From Tubulanus polymorphus (Eukaryota; Animalia; Nemertea): DNA of 64,000 bases. The position numbers were made by a program, and so were the translations under genes. The stretch covers positions 12,946,275 through 13,010,274 of the forward strand of contig NC_134032.1 of assembly GCF_964204645.1 (NCBI RefSeq), read 5' to 3'. Below are positions 10,191 to 24,321 of the stretch, piece after piece (within the stretch, counting starts at the first letter, position 1; every line of letters starts with the position of its first letter). Under the pieces are notes generated by a model. It made no database searches. It worked only from the letters and a program-made list of their open reading frames with translations, and was not told the DNA's origin.

Positions 10191-13100
10191 ATGGAACGCT
10201 TGGTGTCTATCGACGTTTTCTACATGTCATTTCAGATTCAAACCAGAGAAATCAATAACACACGCGTGGAAGGAAGTCTTCCCAGGCTTCATATTGCGAA
10301 TATAGTGAATGTATATTTGAGGGAGTGATTGCAAGATGAAGATTGATACCTCTGCGTTACTAACTGTAGTATATTGGTGAATATCGAAGATGTCTACGTG
10401 TGCCCACACCTAGTTTCAAGCAAGAAAGATCAGAATATAGACGCGCATACGACACATACCGAGACTTTATCCGAAGCTTCGAACTTTTCTCGAAAGGAGC
10501 GAAGCCTAAATGCAATACGTGTAATTACCCGGTGTACTATACCGTTCATTGTATAATTCGGGCTATCACCCACGCGTATGAAGGATGGAAGACGTGAAAA
10601 TACGTGAAGACAGTTTGATAGCGTCTAATTTAGGTATCAATTTGCTGCCTGGGTCCCACAGCACATCAGACATTCGATATTTTATCGCTGTTTTACCAAT
10701 TTTTGATCGTTCGTGCTTCACGTGTGTTCGGTACTTCGCCTGAGGCATGTTTCATTTGAAAATGGACTTCAAACACCAGAAATTAGATATTTTCAACACG
10801 CTTTCAAAAACTGATCGTCCAAACTACACATCTGTTCAGGAATTCATCTGAGACATTTTTGATTGATAATAAACAGCACATAGATCACCGATAACGCCAG
10901 AAAACGATGTCTCGGGGAATTCGGTGTTAAATATCAGAAATGGGTGGCTCCAGGTCGCAAATTGATATCTGCAGCAAGTTGTACACAGTAATCTACATAA
11001 TTCGAATTCTAATCAGCTCCATAATCAAACTCGGTTTCTAGAAATAGAAACATCGTATTTACGATACATGTATATATGTACATCTATCAAATTACCTTAT
11101 ACTAATTTTATTTTCTGTTATGTACGTTTAGTGTTGAAATCATATGAGTCAAATTCGCTAACAATAAATTAAACCATATTTTATAAGTTTTGTAGACGGA
11201 TTACTCAAAATACATTCTCGTACCACTCGAAATCGAACCATTTTTTTTGTCGTAGCACACTATGATCGTTTACAAACAAACTAAACCCATCGAAGGTCCA
11301 TCGATAAGACTGGTCTGAAGTTATATTAGACTGATCTGGAACTTTGCCTTTGTTGCACAGCCCATCTTGCCGATTAGTCGTTAAAACATAGTTTTCTAAA
11401 TTCTGTATTGGATGGTTCACGAATGAAGGATCAAAAGAGAATCGATTCAAAAATGCCGTCTAGGTTGTGAGTAAGCGATCGGTCTGGAGTTCAACAACAT
11501 ACTGATGGTTTTGTATTGAATATCGGAGACATTAGCTAACACAGAAGAACGGAGTCATCCCAGAAACACAGTTCGATAGTAGTAAAAATACTTAAATAAG
11601 TTAATTCAAACAGATATCACGATAAAACCTACGTGGTAGATATGCTAGGCGTGTACGTGACAGACCATAAATGCTTCTGTGGTAATCGAGGATCCACTAG
11701 GTTCGCTAGTAGTTAACCAGTCTCCGGGCTACTTGATTTAATCTACACAGATACGTCACAATCAAAATCTCATTCTACGAAATGAATCTATTATCGATTG
11801 TCACTATTTTCAGATTTGTCACGAAATGATCAAAAACACAGAAGAATTCATGAATATCTGAAGCGTTTGAATTTCCATGTATTTATTAATTATTTGATTG
11901 CGAATGGTATCTTATTGATTTTGCGTACTTTCAAGTCCCGCCGTTTATCATGTGATCCACCAATTTAAGTCTACTTTCTATAATTACTAGCGCTATATAG
12001 AAACAACTTATTGCTTAGCGTATATTTAAAACTATTCGGCTCATTCCTTGTATTAAGGATTCAATGTTGGTTGGAAATGAGCGGATTAGAAATAAAACCT
12101 AAGACCGTTTGATGCATAAATTGTGTGTAATAGCTGGTGTAACTAGAGGACTCCGCGATCTACTGCGGCAAGTGAGGATCACCACCACCAGACGGCGATA
12201 GTGTACGCTAGAACATTAGCGCTAATTTATGCTCATCTTTTTAACGATCTAATTCCTAATTTCCTAAAATCGTTGTATCATATCTTGGAATGGTATTATC
12301 ACAATCAGGGACCGATGTTAAATCGTTTTTAGACGCATTCCGATTAAAAATGCCCATACTTTTAACACAATAGAATAATCTATGAATCCTGAAGCTCAGA
12401 AGTCAGAATTGTAATCGAAGGAAATTAATAGCTGTTGTCGTATTTCCCCATCAGCATGCGTAAATACTCGTCATGGAATATTCTGATTGCCTGTCACGGC
12501 TGAGAGTTCTTTTATTATTTTCTGGCCATCAAAATCCTCGGATATCGAATTCAGATTGACTGCCGGCTATTTCGATTACTATAGACGCGTTCGTCACAAT
12601 GAGAAGATTTTCGAGTATATCGTGTCATAGTCTAAATCACTGAGAAATGGATGTTAAATTAAAAACAGTTTATTCAGACAATCGTTAGAGGAACGTATTG
12701 GTTGTTTTCCAGGTGAAAATGTCTTTCGTATAATCGCATTCCAACGAAGGCATTCAAAATAGCAACTTGAACTAAACGTATTTCAACTTTGAACAAAGAA
12801 ATTAACTAACCTTTTTTTAACGTGCAATATTTGAGATCAAGTTCGTTAACGAGAATACGAAGGGGCGCGCGGGCGACCTACGTGCCCCTTCGAACAAAAA
12901 AAAAAACGTTTTAAAATACAAACAAAACACACCCATTATTGAGTAATTAAAGCAGATGTGATTATAAAGATATGTATCATGCGTTCAAACGACACTTGAG
13001 GAATAAACGAGGGTTTCCTGCGCTTTGAGAGACGCCTGCGGGCGGTTCGGCTTGCGTTGCGTCAGTGCGTACATTTCGTAGATAGCGCTGTGTTCTGGCG

Positions 13101-14044
13101 GAGCTGCGAGAGCTGGTACAGGAGAGCATCGGTGCATTGAAAACGACGCCATTTTGCAAGTCAGTCGACTACTCTTCCAGGCGGGCGTCCGTTTTGAAAA
13201 TACACCTCTGTCCAAAGAGCAACTGTGCGGCATACCATAGGGCAGGTTTCGATTGATCTCTGAATATGTTCTTCCTATTCCGGAAAAGCGTAATCTGTTT
13301 CAACGTGATAGAAGCAGCCGGTAGAGTATGGTCGTCGTTTTTGATCGGTGTCTACCGATTTTGGAATTCTCCTCTGGCGCGTTTGTTTCAACCGTAATAC
13401 GCTTCACCTAAATACCGCATTTTGTAAACCTGATAGAAGCGGCCGGAATACGCGCAATCGAAACCTGGCCAAGTCAACCGCAGGATGCACCGCACTTCCG
13501 CAACGCAGCCCCCGAACCGCACGCACGCGTACCCCTAGCTTCATAACAACAAGGTAGATTTTTTTTCATCGGATTGTTATATAATACAAAGGTGTACACG
13601 TTATTTTCGTTCGAGACCACAACCGCGCTGAATTCATAGCCACTCTCAAACGTAACTTTATCGTCGCAAATCCGCCGAAGCTCGCTTTTATTTTCGATTA
13701 AATCCGCGCACACGCGCGCATGACACGGCGTCGATTGAAACTGGTTGAACTGTCGTTACTCGCGTCACGAGAGAGATTCCGGGATTCCGGGATTAGGTTG
13801 TTGTTCTACAGCACCACCACGATTTACGTCAAGACGATATGAGTATTTTTGCGATGCAATTCATGATAAGTAGTTGTTGTGGTATATATATATATTTATA
13901 TAGTAAGTAATGTTTTGTTTGTTTGTTTTTTTTTTAAAGTTTGCATATTAACAAGAACAACTGGCACGCGTTCGTTTTCGCTTTCTATCTCCGCGCGTTT
14001 CATCCGCCAAATCCTTAAACAAAGTTTCTCTAAGATTCACACCT

Positions 14045-14085
14045 CTATGATGTTTCCTGTTTTAATCGCATCATTTTAATGAATT
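14045..14085 (-). CDS. Calmodulin-like EF-hand protein, last coding exon (constant exon 6)
   Basis: Acceptor tttcAG; (E)FIKMMRLKQETS then stop TAG at 14047-14045. Phase 1 matches the preceding exon. Confidence 0.88.
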
Positions 14086-14326
14086 CTGAAATGCGAATAG
14101 AAAAACACGTTTATATAAAGCAATCCGACGGAACACTCTCAGTCCGCGATATTGATATAGAAAATCCCATGCTTAAGCCCGACGCATGGAAACGCGGAAA
14201 CGTGGAACGATGTTTCCGAGATCAAACCTGTTTCTTTCCACGTTTCTCTCTTTCCCTGCATCGTGCGCGTCGGTCTATTCAGAATGATGAAACGGCGGGA
14301 GAGACCACCTCCCCGATAACGCATAC

Positions 14327-14474
14327 CTTCGTAATTAATTCTGCCATCACCGTCGATATCTGCTTCTTTGATCATCGCTTTCACATCTTCGTCTGATAGA
14401 GGCTGCCCTAAGTTGTTCATTGTAAACCGTAGTTCTTGGGCGTCGATGAATCCATCGTTATCACGATCAAACAC
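14327..14474 (-). CDS. Calmodulin-like protein, constant exon 5 (EF3 and EF4)
   Basis: 148 nt: [49 protein letters not shown]. Acceptor tcttcaaAG, donor G|GTATGC. Confidence 0.93.
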
Positions 14475-15033
14475 CTTTGAAGATAATTAATAATCAGTGA
14501 TAAAGGGGCGAAATCGTAGTTTATATAAACGTACAACAACAACAAAAAACATATATAAACATGGGTAGAAAGGTATTGATTGGGCTTGTGCGCAGTAGGT
14601 ACGTTAAGATAACAAGGGGTCCTCAAGAAAACGGTGTGCAATAGGACATCAAGTACTGCAGGAATATAGGAGACCGGCCTTGTGGCAAGTGAGGATCCAC
14701 CAGGTGCGCTAGTGTGCAGTAGGGTATAAACCACTAACTCAACCATTAGACGTGTGGCAAGGACGTTTGGACAAGTTGACTCTGGACTTCAATACGTCAA
14801 CTTTGTTTACGTTTCAATAGTCATGTTAGTCAAACTTTTCTCCAATTAATCCAAACTTTGAGTAGAAAAGTGAGTCTAATATACATTAAGATATTTGGTT
14901 GGGGGAATGTTAACGGCCAGTTCAAAGTTCGATGGGAAATGAAGTATATTTGACAAACTGTAAAGCTACTTTTGTCCGACCGTGCAGTGGTTAGGCTGGT
15001 GCCCCAATAATTAAAAGATAGAAATATATTTAC

Positions 15034-15137
15034 TTTAAACGCTTCCCGCATTTCCTCGTCCTCCGTTTTCGGCAGTGTTTTGATAGGATTATTCGACATC
15101 ATTCTGAGAAATTCCTCAAATTCTACGGTGCCGTTAC
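15034..15137 (-). CDS. Calmodulin-like protein, constant exon 4 (end of EF2 and central linker)
   Basis: 104 nt: (G)NGTVEFEEFLRMMSNNPIKTLPKTEDEEMREAFK. Acceptor ttcccttttcAG, donor AAA|GTAAAT. Confidence 0.92.
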
Positions 15138-16222
15138 CTGAAAAGGGAAAAAAAGAAACAAAATCGTAAAATAAGAAACGACCGTAGAACAGCCTCAACA
15201 ACGCTAATCGCCAGGCACTTCAAATGTAGCCGAAGGCAAAATGTCAATATCAAGATAAAAAGATGTCGCGCTAGTTCATCATGGTGATCTATCAATCTTT
15301 CAACTTCAACCCGAGTAAAGAGCAGTCTGATTGGAACTGTCAATTCTTAGCGGCGATGAGGTTTACTGCAGCAGAGTCCCACGTTACCGTCAGGTTAGAA
15401 CCCTGTCAATGGGGATGTCTACTAGGGCGCGGAAGTCATAACGGCAATGTCTCGCGATGCCATCAGATTCAAAATTTGAAACCGAGATGGGTCTACCAGG
15501 GCAGCGTATGACGCAGGTTCGAATTCCTGCTGGGGATGGGGAAAAGTACTTCAAAGCACAAACGAATCAAATTGAAGATTTTCAATCGACTACATCAAAC
15601 CCGGTTCTCTAAACGGGTTACTCGACCGATTCAATGGAAAGCATTTACCGTAGCCACTTATTGGTTCATCACAACAAACCTTGTATCTAACTAACCCGAT
15701 CAAAGGCCCAGTTATTATGACTCGAGTCTTTAAATGGTCTTGAACGTTAGATTGGCTATACATCAAGATAGGCTTAGACTGTCTTAAATCTATGCCTTCC
15801 CGGATGCCGGATGCGCCGGGAAGGGCCAGTCGAGACTAAAGCTCAAATTGACTGTATGGATGGGCATCGGCGACTGATAAGGAAGCACCCTCATAGCACA
15901 ACCGACTCGAGTTGACGATTTTACGTGTAATGGCAGCAGAGAGCTGGATCCAGTTCCGCAGTTGTAAATGATAGTTAACTCTAAATCAAATTCAGTTCAT
16001 TTTCAATTAATTTTATCTCCAGAGCCAAATTCTCTAACAGAAACTGTAGAACTCGATGCTCTGCACGCGATATCGTTAAATGATGATAATTTATAGTTTT
16101 CTCCGGGCGAGTTTCATACGTTCGTCGCTATCGACGGCGTTTATCGTATCTCTCAGCTCATTAAAATATCATAAAATATTATTTCCGATTTCGGATATCT
16201 AATTTAGCGAAGAATGATAAAT

Positions 16223-16223
16223 G

Positions 16224-16256
<33 letters not shown>

Positions 16257-16262
16257 GCAGCA
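16223..16262 (+). repeat. (CAG)n microsatellite, intronic
   Basis: About 13 CAG/CAA triplets; reads (CUG)n on the calmodulin-like pre-mRNA. Confidence 0.9.
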
Positions 16263-18107
16263 TCAGGATCAGCCTTCTCTTCGCGTTCAGATACTATTGC
16301 AGCGTCGAAATGCTCTTTGCGCGTATCGTCGTTGCTTTTAAAAGATTAATCACCGTCACTTCTTTTGCGCGTCGCGCGTCGCCTTAATTTTCATGCAAAA
16401 TGGGAGCCGTCACCGTCGTCTATCTATTATAAGCCGACACACGCGTCGACCGCGTCCCATTTCTATTATAAGCCGACACGACGACTTTAGCGCCGAATTT
16501 TCGAATCGTGCGCGTGTATGTGCTAGATAACCCTCGGGATGGATTATCGAAACGTGTTCAGAATTCTGCGCCGAAACACGGGTCGATATTCTCATTATAT
16601 CTCCCGTATTAGCTTTTATCGGAGAATTTCGGTCTAAAAAGCGCATTCGATTCGAGTGTAATTGATTTTGTTGCCGCGCGGACCGCGAATCGACTACGAG
16701 GATGACTCCGCCGTATCTCGGCGTAGCTCGGATTCCGCCGGGATCCGCTAGGTTCGCCAGTGTCGCTTTGATCAAAATCGAATCAACTTTTCTCATTAGC
16801 AAATCGATTTTCAGCAAATACGGCAGCAAACACGCAGCAGAAAAGTGAATCTACTGATGACTTCCAGGTTGACATTCGATTGAAAATGATCTAATTTTGA
16901 TTACGTAATAGCGACCTTATAGTCGCGCCATCTGGTGGTGTTGCCTGATTATTTGGCTGTATGTAGGACTAAAAGCGAGCGGTAACTTCTACCAAATCAT
17001 GGACAACGCTATCATGCTCTATGTTAAAAAAATTTCCGTAAATGATATCGAGAATCTAAATCGTTTATAGCTTGGCAAAAACCCAGTATTACTAACGCCC
17101 CCTAACGGATTTTTGGAAAGGCAGCGTTGCCGTTCGGTTATAACGTACAAAGTTCCAGACTAAAAAAAGGTTTACTTAGAACTTTGTAATAAGCGTACAT
17201 ATATCTATATACTAGAGGTGCATGCGGCATGAAGAGATACAAGTTTCTATTGTAAATGTCAGAATCATCGCATCCTGCAGAGTTGTACCGGATGCTTTGT
17301 TTACATCTCGCTAAGACTTTAAGAGAAATTTGACACGTGTTTGATACGCGGTGAATCAACACTAACAGCAGAAATATTAATAACTCTTAATCACGAATAT
17401 CATATGAAACAAACGCGAGTTAGTACCGCGTTTCTCAGCACTCGTGGTTCCTACGAAGTAGTTGAACAGAGCTGTTGAAGGATTTCGGATACGGAATTTG
17501 CAGTTTGTGTCTTCGTAAATCGGAAAAGGTCGAGGCATTTTGAACATGGTTTATTGGACAGGTTGTTCGATAGTCAGATCTCCTATATGTCCCGTGATTT
17601 AGCCGTGTCTAATTTTATTCGTAAATACAATAGTAAAACTTTTTAACGAACGATTACGAGGGTCAGTTGTATAGTACAGAAATGGCTTAGAATTAAGACC
17701 AGTCAAAGAACATCTTAGTTCGACAGCGAATCTAACGCGTTTACGTCTCAAAATCTTAGACCACTTTTGTACTTTATCACTATCGGATATAACTTCAATA
17801 TCTTATGGGGTAGGACCACCTTAACCGTTTCTGTGTTAACATTGTTTTGACATTCTAAAAAATCTTGATTATGACGTAAGTGGGCATTCGAAAATGAGCC
17901 TAAACAGTTCACAAGAAGGATATTTCGCTTCGACCGATCATCTCCACACTTTCACCAGTTCTTGGCTCATTTTCGAATGCCTACTTACCTCTCTGATGTG
18001 CTGTGTTACTTGACTGAGCAGTGCTTGGGAACTGAGCGCAATAATCATCTCGGTTAAAGGCACCGATGATTTGTTACAGCAGTTCGTGCTGTTGGGGCTA
18101 CACTTAC

Positions 18108-18251
18108 CATCAGTATCTACTTGGTCGATCATAACTTCTATTTGTTCCTGAGATGGTTTACTGCCGAGGAAGTGCATGACGGAAGCCAGTTCGTACGTCG
18201 TTATTTTGCCATCGCCGTCTTTATCGAACAATGTGAAGGCTTCCTTGAATT
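18108..18251 (-). CDS. Calmodulin-like protein, constant exon 3 (EF1 and start of EF2)
   Basis: 144 nt, the same size as calmodulin exon 3: (E)[47 protein letters not shown]. Acceptor ctctcgtttttctaAG, donor G|GTAAGT. Confidence 0.93.
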
Positions 18252-18620
18252 CTTAGAAAAACGAGAGCGAAACGAGTGAACAAACGCATGAAAAGACGAT
18301 ATCAAATTTCATCACAATCCACCCCCGATATACCGCCCACATCGGTGATTTAGTATGCTGGCGATCTAGGAAGTATGGCGGTATATCGGGGTTTGATTTG
18401 CATAGTTCCAAGACACAATACATATATTTCGTTTTCATTAGAAAAAAATTTGCTTCAGGCAGCGGCGATTTATCGTAGGTTGAGACTGCCAGAGGATGTC
18501 TAAATATAAAATTTCTATATTTTGACCACCAGATAGCGTTAGGACTGTCAAAACATTTCCCTGAGTTGAGAATCCACGAAATTTCATTTAATCTACATTA
18601 TATCTTATTTGTTTCCTTAC

Positions 18621-18651
18621 CTTTTCTTTCTTTTTGTGAGAGTCCCTCACA
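18621..18651 (-). CDS. Calmodulin-like protein, 31-nt exon 2
   Basis: Acceptor ttttcttttattttgcAG, CEGLSQKERK plus G, donor AAG|GTAAGG. Same 31-nt size and phase as calmodulin exon 2 (ADQLTEEQIA). Needs a phase-0 first exon upstream. Confidence 0.88.
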
Positions 18652-19574
18652 CTGCAAAATAAAAGAAAAATTACGTTTAACGAATTTATCATTAAATATG
18701 TTGATCAGTTCACTGTACAGGTAACTAATCTGCAGCCTATGTCTACCCAACCAAAGAATTCAACATTGTAGGGTTAAGTCTTAATGGTCAGTTTTTGAAA
18801 GTTATGTCGTTTTAGTTATTTTCGTTGAAGTCCCGAACACACCAAATTTCATGAAATTTCAAAGAAATTGAAGCGCGAACGACCGAATAACTACTAGCGC
18901 GCCCGGCGGATCCTCACTTGCCATATACGGAATCCTCATTTGCCACAGTAGCGTTGGTAGCTATGCGTAAAAAAGCGTCGACAGGTGGTATCTAGGATTA
19001 GGGTAAGCGTTTAGGTAACGGCTCGAAGACCTGCCCATGAATATCGATCGATAATAAACAAACATCCAGTGTTTAGCAAACACTGACATTAAACAATAAC
19101 CAATCATACAGATGATACCATCCGAGTGAAGACTAGCACGTGCAATTGGAGAACAATTGTCACTAGTAGTCAGTTGAAGACCACGCGGAATAGCGAGCCG
19201 GTGTCGGGGAATGCGATGACGATGAAACCCGATGAAAGATAAGTTGCGTTAGCGCGACGGAAATAACCTTACATATCACGGAAATTTTATCTCATAACCT
19301 CAAACAACACTGTTTCCATGGTTACTGAGAAACAAGCGTACAGGGAGGGACTCGATCTCGTATTCCACACTCTTAAGAGATTATCCAGGCCTACGTACTC
19401 TTTCGTGATTGTCCAGATTTTCGTGATAAAACTGATTTGTCGAAGATTCGCAAATTCATTTCGATTGAAATGTTATCTAAATGTATACGGTTCAGTCGTA
19501 CTCATTATCTGTATATGCATTTGCGAACTGTTGAATTCGCTCAAAGGTTGCTTGTTCAATTCCAAAAAAGAGAT

Positions 19575-19650
19575 CATCCCACCACGGATTCGAACCTGAT
19601 GGCATCGAGACTCGCTACGGTACGAATCCTGCCACACTAGCCCGAGTGCG
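19575..19650 (-). mobile_element. tRNA-derived SINE-like element (family B)
   Basis: Minus strand CTAGTGTGGCAGGATTCGTACCGT..GATGCCATCAGGTTCGAATCC (B box). Related copies at about 905-980 (-), 25003-25040 (-), 25212-25285 (+) and 15450-15475 (+). Confidence 0.55.
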
Positions 19651-20731
19651 CAGGGACCGCCGCCGGAGGGTGAAAAAAGATGGGAATTTTGCTGAGTGGT
19701 TATGAGCTATCGGCCATATACTGGTCTTGCCAATCAAAGGTTCGTGGGCTCTAATACTGGACGAACTTTGGTTATACATAGGCCTAAGTCGTCTTTTTGT
19801 GGACTAAGTGAAACCGAATGTCAGTTAGTCAGAATAAGTCTGGAAAAAGTCGACCATGCAACTGACATTCGGACCTGTAATTCGCTGTAGCTTTAAGTAC
19901 TTTTAATCTGTAAATAGTGGATTTCAGAGCTCTCTCTCCAAGTTTGGTTGCCGCTATTGTACTAAGTCGTTTTAACGGTCCCAAAAATCAAACTTGAGCA
20001 GAGTCGACTACTGTGTAGTTAATATCACACGTTGCCTCAGAACACACATCCCGGCTAGGATATGGTTGATTACAGTGAACCCGGGTTTGAACCCATACGC
20101 GATCAATAATGAACAATCATCTGTATCGAGTATGATCAGACCATTTCCCGAGTGTTAATATACAACAGACACACCACTGATTAGACAGTTCAGATTTAGA
20201 GCCGCTGCACACACGATTACTGTAATAAACTTGAAAGAAGAATGATCCGTTATATCGGGTGAATTTTAGAATATCTCAGAGCGAAGGTATCAATCTGCGG
20301 TGTCGAAACAGCCCTCTTCAAGACATTCATAATTGCTGGGTGAAGTTTTAACGATAACCTTTTGAATAAAGTAAAAACCCACGATAATTAAACGAGAAAT
20401 AATAACTGGAAGAGAATCTGACGTTTCGACTCAATAATATGCGACATTTTCAAAATCTGGCTCAGAATAATTGAGGAAAGGAAAAGTCAGATTTTCTTGT
20501 AATTTTTTCATCATATTGTGGATTTTTAGTTCATTGATATCAGACAGTCATGAGTCTATTAAACAAACTGCCGATATGACCGTTTGTAATCTATATATTT
20601 GTTATATATTTGTGAGTTCATTTTTATTCATTAAGAAATATCAAAGTGAAGTGTTGTCAATACGCGTGAGCCAAGAATCCCGATAAAGTAATACGAAGAG
20701 GGTGCAGGGTCCTGACTGTATAGGATAACCC

Positions 20732-21013
20732 AGACTCGATCACACGGACACGATTTGGCCGGGGCCGAATTGGCACGGATCAGGCTCGGGCCAAATTTGG
20801 CCCGTGCCTAATTAGAGAGCCTAAACAATGCTCAAAAAAAGCGAAGTGGATCATTTCCGGTGTCAGTTGCAATTCAAACGCAATCATTGTCTGGTGCTGA
20901 AATTTGGCTCGGGCCTGGTCCGACGTTTTTGGTCAGGCCAAACAGGCTTGGGCCCATTTGCCACCCGTGTGAACAGTTGTTCCCGCGCCAAAAATGCTCG
21001 TGTGATCGCGGCT
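20732..21013. mobile_element. ~280-bp MITE (TIR AGCCGCGATCACACG), copy 1
   Basis: Terminal inverted repeats and internal TTTGGCCCGGGCC sub-repeats; closely similar second copy at 26884-27161. Confidence 0.8.
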
Positions 21014-22232
21014 TGTAGGATGTATAAACTGGTTTATACATCCATGGATAACCCTACAGACATCGATGCGTGTTGTCATAGTTAATCCGCCCAGGGAAGT
21101 GCGAGATAGGTGGTTTACCCCGTTAGTGTTATGGAGACCTGCCATACATAACAACAACAAAAGATAAAGATGGTAATTTACGATTGGGGGGGATCTGTCG
21201 TGTAAATCTCGCGTCATATCGATCGCCAATATGGCGTCGGTCACGTGAGAAAATGCGCATGGCCGCTCGATATTATCAAATCCCAAAATCGTAGGAAACA
21301 TTTCAGATTCTTTTTCTAAGATTCTATATCACAAAGCCAGAGAGTAATTTTCTCATCAATACGATATGATATGATATGGTTAATTTTCAAGTAAATTTGT
21401 ACAGAATTAATGAATAAGCAAATACGTTAAAAATGTATTTACATTAAACGAAGGACTGCTTTGAAGCAAAAGCAACAGCAATATCTAACGTAGTTGCACT
21501 GATCTCCTATACGAGGGTAGTTATCTCTTCGCCTTTAAGAAGAAATCATGAATTCGACGTCTAGAGCATTGTTCGATATAAATTCTACATTGTTCGATAT
21601 ATTTGATTCAAACTGCATCTGATATACACACAGTCACTGAATTCAATCATTGCGCAAATAATTTGTTGACAGTAAACCTAGTCGGTGCTTATCATTGTGA
21701 TAATCGATACACAGTCAATCGGTCAAAAGCCATTATCTTTAGTATATATTCCAATGGATCTAGTGTTCCGATAAGAATAGGTCATATATTCAATGAATAG
21801 ATGGTTATGCGTTAACGTTGCATTAGTTCTAAACCATCTGTCGGAAATGAATTCATGTTTTTGATTGTGAATTGTCTTCTTCGATTTTTGAGTCTTATCG
21901 ATTAGAAAATAATTTCCGCTTCTAGAATCGCTACTTTTCAAGCGGAAATCTGGAACTCATTTCATTCCCGATCCCAATTTTCAATATTTGCTCCTATAGC
22001 GATTCAATTCATTCATAATACATTCTACGAAAAAGAACCATATTTTACATCGATATCAAACAGACATTGACGGTGAATCAATTGAGAATCAAAATAACCG
22101 TGATAAGACGATGAGTAAAATCCCACGATATAATATGATTGAATCTAAAAAGTTTATCTAAAAATTAGAAATATTTCGGGTGGTTGCTACCACCCTCCGT
22201 CAGTCTAAAAATGACGGTGTACGCATTTTTAC

Positions 22233-22274
22233 CTTGTGCGGTCCTTTCGGCGAATGATTTGGTACTTTGGACAT
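22233..22274 (-). CDS. Candidate alternative first coding exon of the calmodulin-like gene (MSKVPNHSPKGPHK)
   Basis: aaaccATG, 14 codons, donor AAG|GTAAAA; phase 0, compatible with exon 2. Confidence 0.6.
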
Positions 22275-24074
22275 GGTTTCCTAGAAGGCTAACAACACGC
22301 CGAGAAAGCGAGCGGCTTTACGTCGAACTGCGATCGAGTGGACAGAACTGTGATCGAAATGTCTTACTTGTTTTGTGGTCATTGCACGAACTGAATAAGC
22401 GCGAGGATTTGCATCACGCATAAACAATACTCCAATTAGAAACGGATTGGTTTTATCGCGATCGAGCGTCAGGTATCCACGGATTGGAAATATATACGCT
22501 GCGACTACCACGTAGAGACTTCGACCGGATGAGAAAAAACCTCGCAGCGTTTCAATTTAATAATCTCCGAAAATAAAACGTCGACTCTGCTAAACACGTT
22601 CTAGGCAATATACTTCGCCTATACTGCGAGAACTGATCGAATTTCTCGTGTCTATCTATACCGTACGCAATATGTTACGGGGAGCGTTCGAACGCGCCAA
22701 CTGCTGACACACGACGTTATCCATGTGATCCATACGAACGATTGATTTCTCATCTATCCGCGCGACACATACGGCATACTAGGCACGGAAATAGAGCGCT
22801 GTTGAATTGCTTTTGCGCTATTCGATTTACGAGCGCTGATGGCCGTGTACGTCTGATCCGGTCGACACAGCGGTCATAACCCTTCATTCACTTGATTCGA
22901 GACTGCTTGTGTAACTGGAGGTCAGGCAGCCGCCGCGTGCTTACGTCATGCGACGGCACGATCGGGACCGAGACCGCGGCAAGCTACGATCCGCCAGGTT
23001 CGCTAGTGGTCACTGGGTTTCCACGCTTCGATTTCTCCAACTTTTTAATAAAATTCGATTCTACTTTCTCGATAAGTAAATCAATCTCATAAGTGAGAAA
23101 GCGAATCTTGATTCGATTAAAAATGTTTGATAATATTCGAATACGGGAGCCTAAAAATCCTGTTCAAATTTCATTGAAAATGAACAAATTTTCACTGCGA
23201 ATTACGCAGTATACTGTTGCGCCATCTGGTGAGTGCCGGTACGAAATTGAGATCAATCGATCTATTAAATGGTACATCCTAGTAGCTTTCACACGATAAA
23301 GACAATGAAAAAAAAGAAGACCGTCATCTTCAGGAATACCATGCAAGTGTGGGGTTTACTATATTATCGTTACAATACGTTTCTACTGTTTCGTCAATGG
23401 TTAGCTTTCTACATTTCCGTCGTTAGCTTTCTACATTCCCGTCGTTATCCAAAGTGGTTTATAACTTAGGGCCAATTTTAAATCTCTGGCTACAGGCTTT
23501 CTAAAACAATAGCCGACAGAGCTTTTACTATTCATAATCTTCATAGCCATTGAATAGAGCTTCGTAATTTATTAACATTCTCGACAACTGTTTCTGTGCG
23601 TTTTATGTGGCAAAAAAGTGCGGAACGTTTCTTTTGTGGCTTCGGCGCGCATTAGCGAATCGGTCCGCATACAATGGAATACCACTTCGCGAAAAGGTTA
23701 TGCGTAGTGTGAGAGTAGTAGTCATCAATAGTAGTGGTTTCTCTTGCTTTTGATAAACCAAGAGAAATAGATTGCGGTAGATTGATATTAGGTAGATTTT
23801 TCAAAACCAAGAGATATAACGATTTCTATAAATATGGTAGCAAAGCAGCGAAGTCGGGTTTTCTGTTGATGCCTCCAATCTCACTACTCCAATGATAGCC
23901 CAGCACCGGTAGATATTTCTATTAGAATCCTGGACATTACGCTGCCAATTCTGACGGTTGTAGGATTGCATCGGGACTTATATTGTTCAACTTAGTCCAG
24001 TATGCTCTGTCTTGGAATGATACTATTTATTTGGATACAATCACGATGAATGGAATGAGACTTTTCTGGGAAAG

Positions 24075-24321
24075 CAGGGACGGATCCAGCCGGTGAATTT
24101 GACTATATTGTAAAAGATTATTGCTCAATGATATGCCAGCGGCGAAGCTCATTAAAGGGTGGTTTGGGGTTCCTCCACGTGAACAATTTTAAAAATGACT
24201 CTTTTCCCTTGTACTTTAAGTCATTCTGGACCTGTTAGATTAGGTACTTCTAGAAAATTATGTTCTCCACATTTTTCTGACTTACTACAATACAATGGAA
24301 TATAGCTTGGATCCGCCCCTG
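24075..24321. mobile_element. Short MITE with CAGGGGCGGATCC-type TIRs
   Basis: CAGGGACGGATCCAG at 24075 and TTGGATCCGCCCCTG ending 24321; another terminus at 60708. No clean TSD. Confidence 0.5.

Noticed and set aside
14045-18651. Naming the EF-hand gene as calmodulin (CaM/CALM)
   Set aside because: Too divergent for the near-invariant metazoan calmodulin (linker insertion, many substitutions, C-terminal extension); left as calmodulin-like without a symbol.
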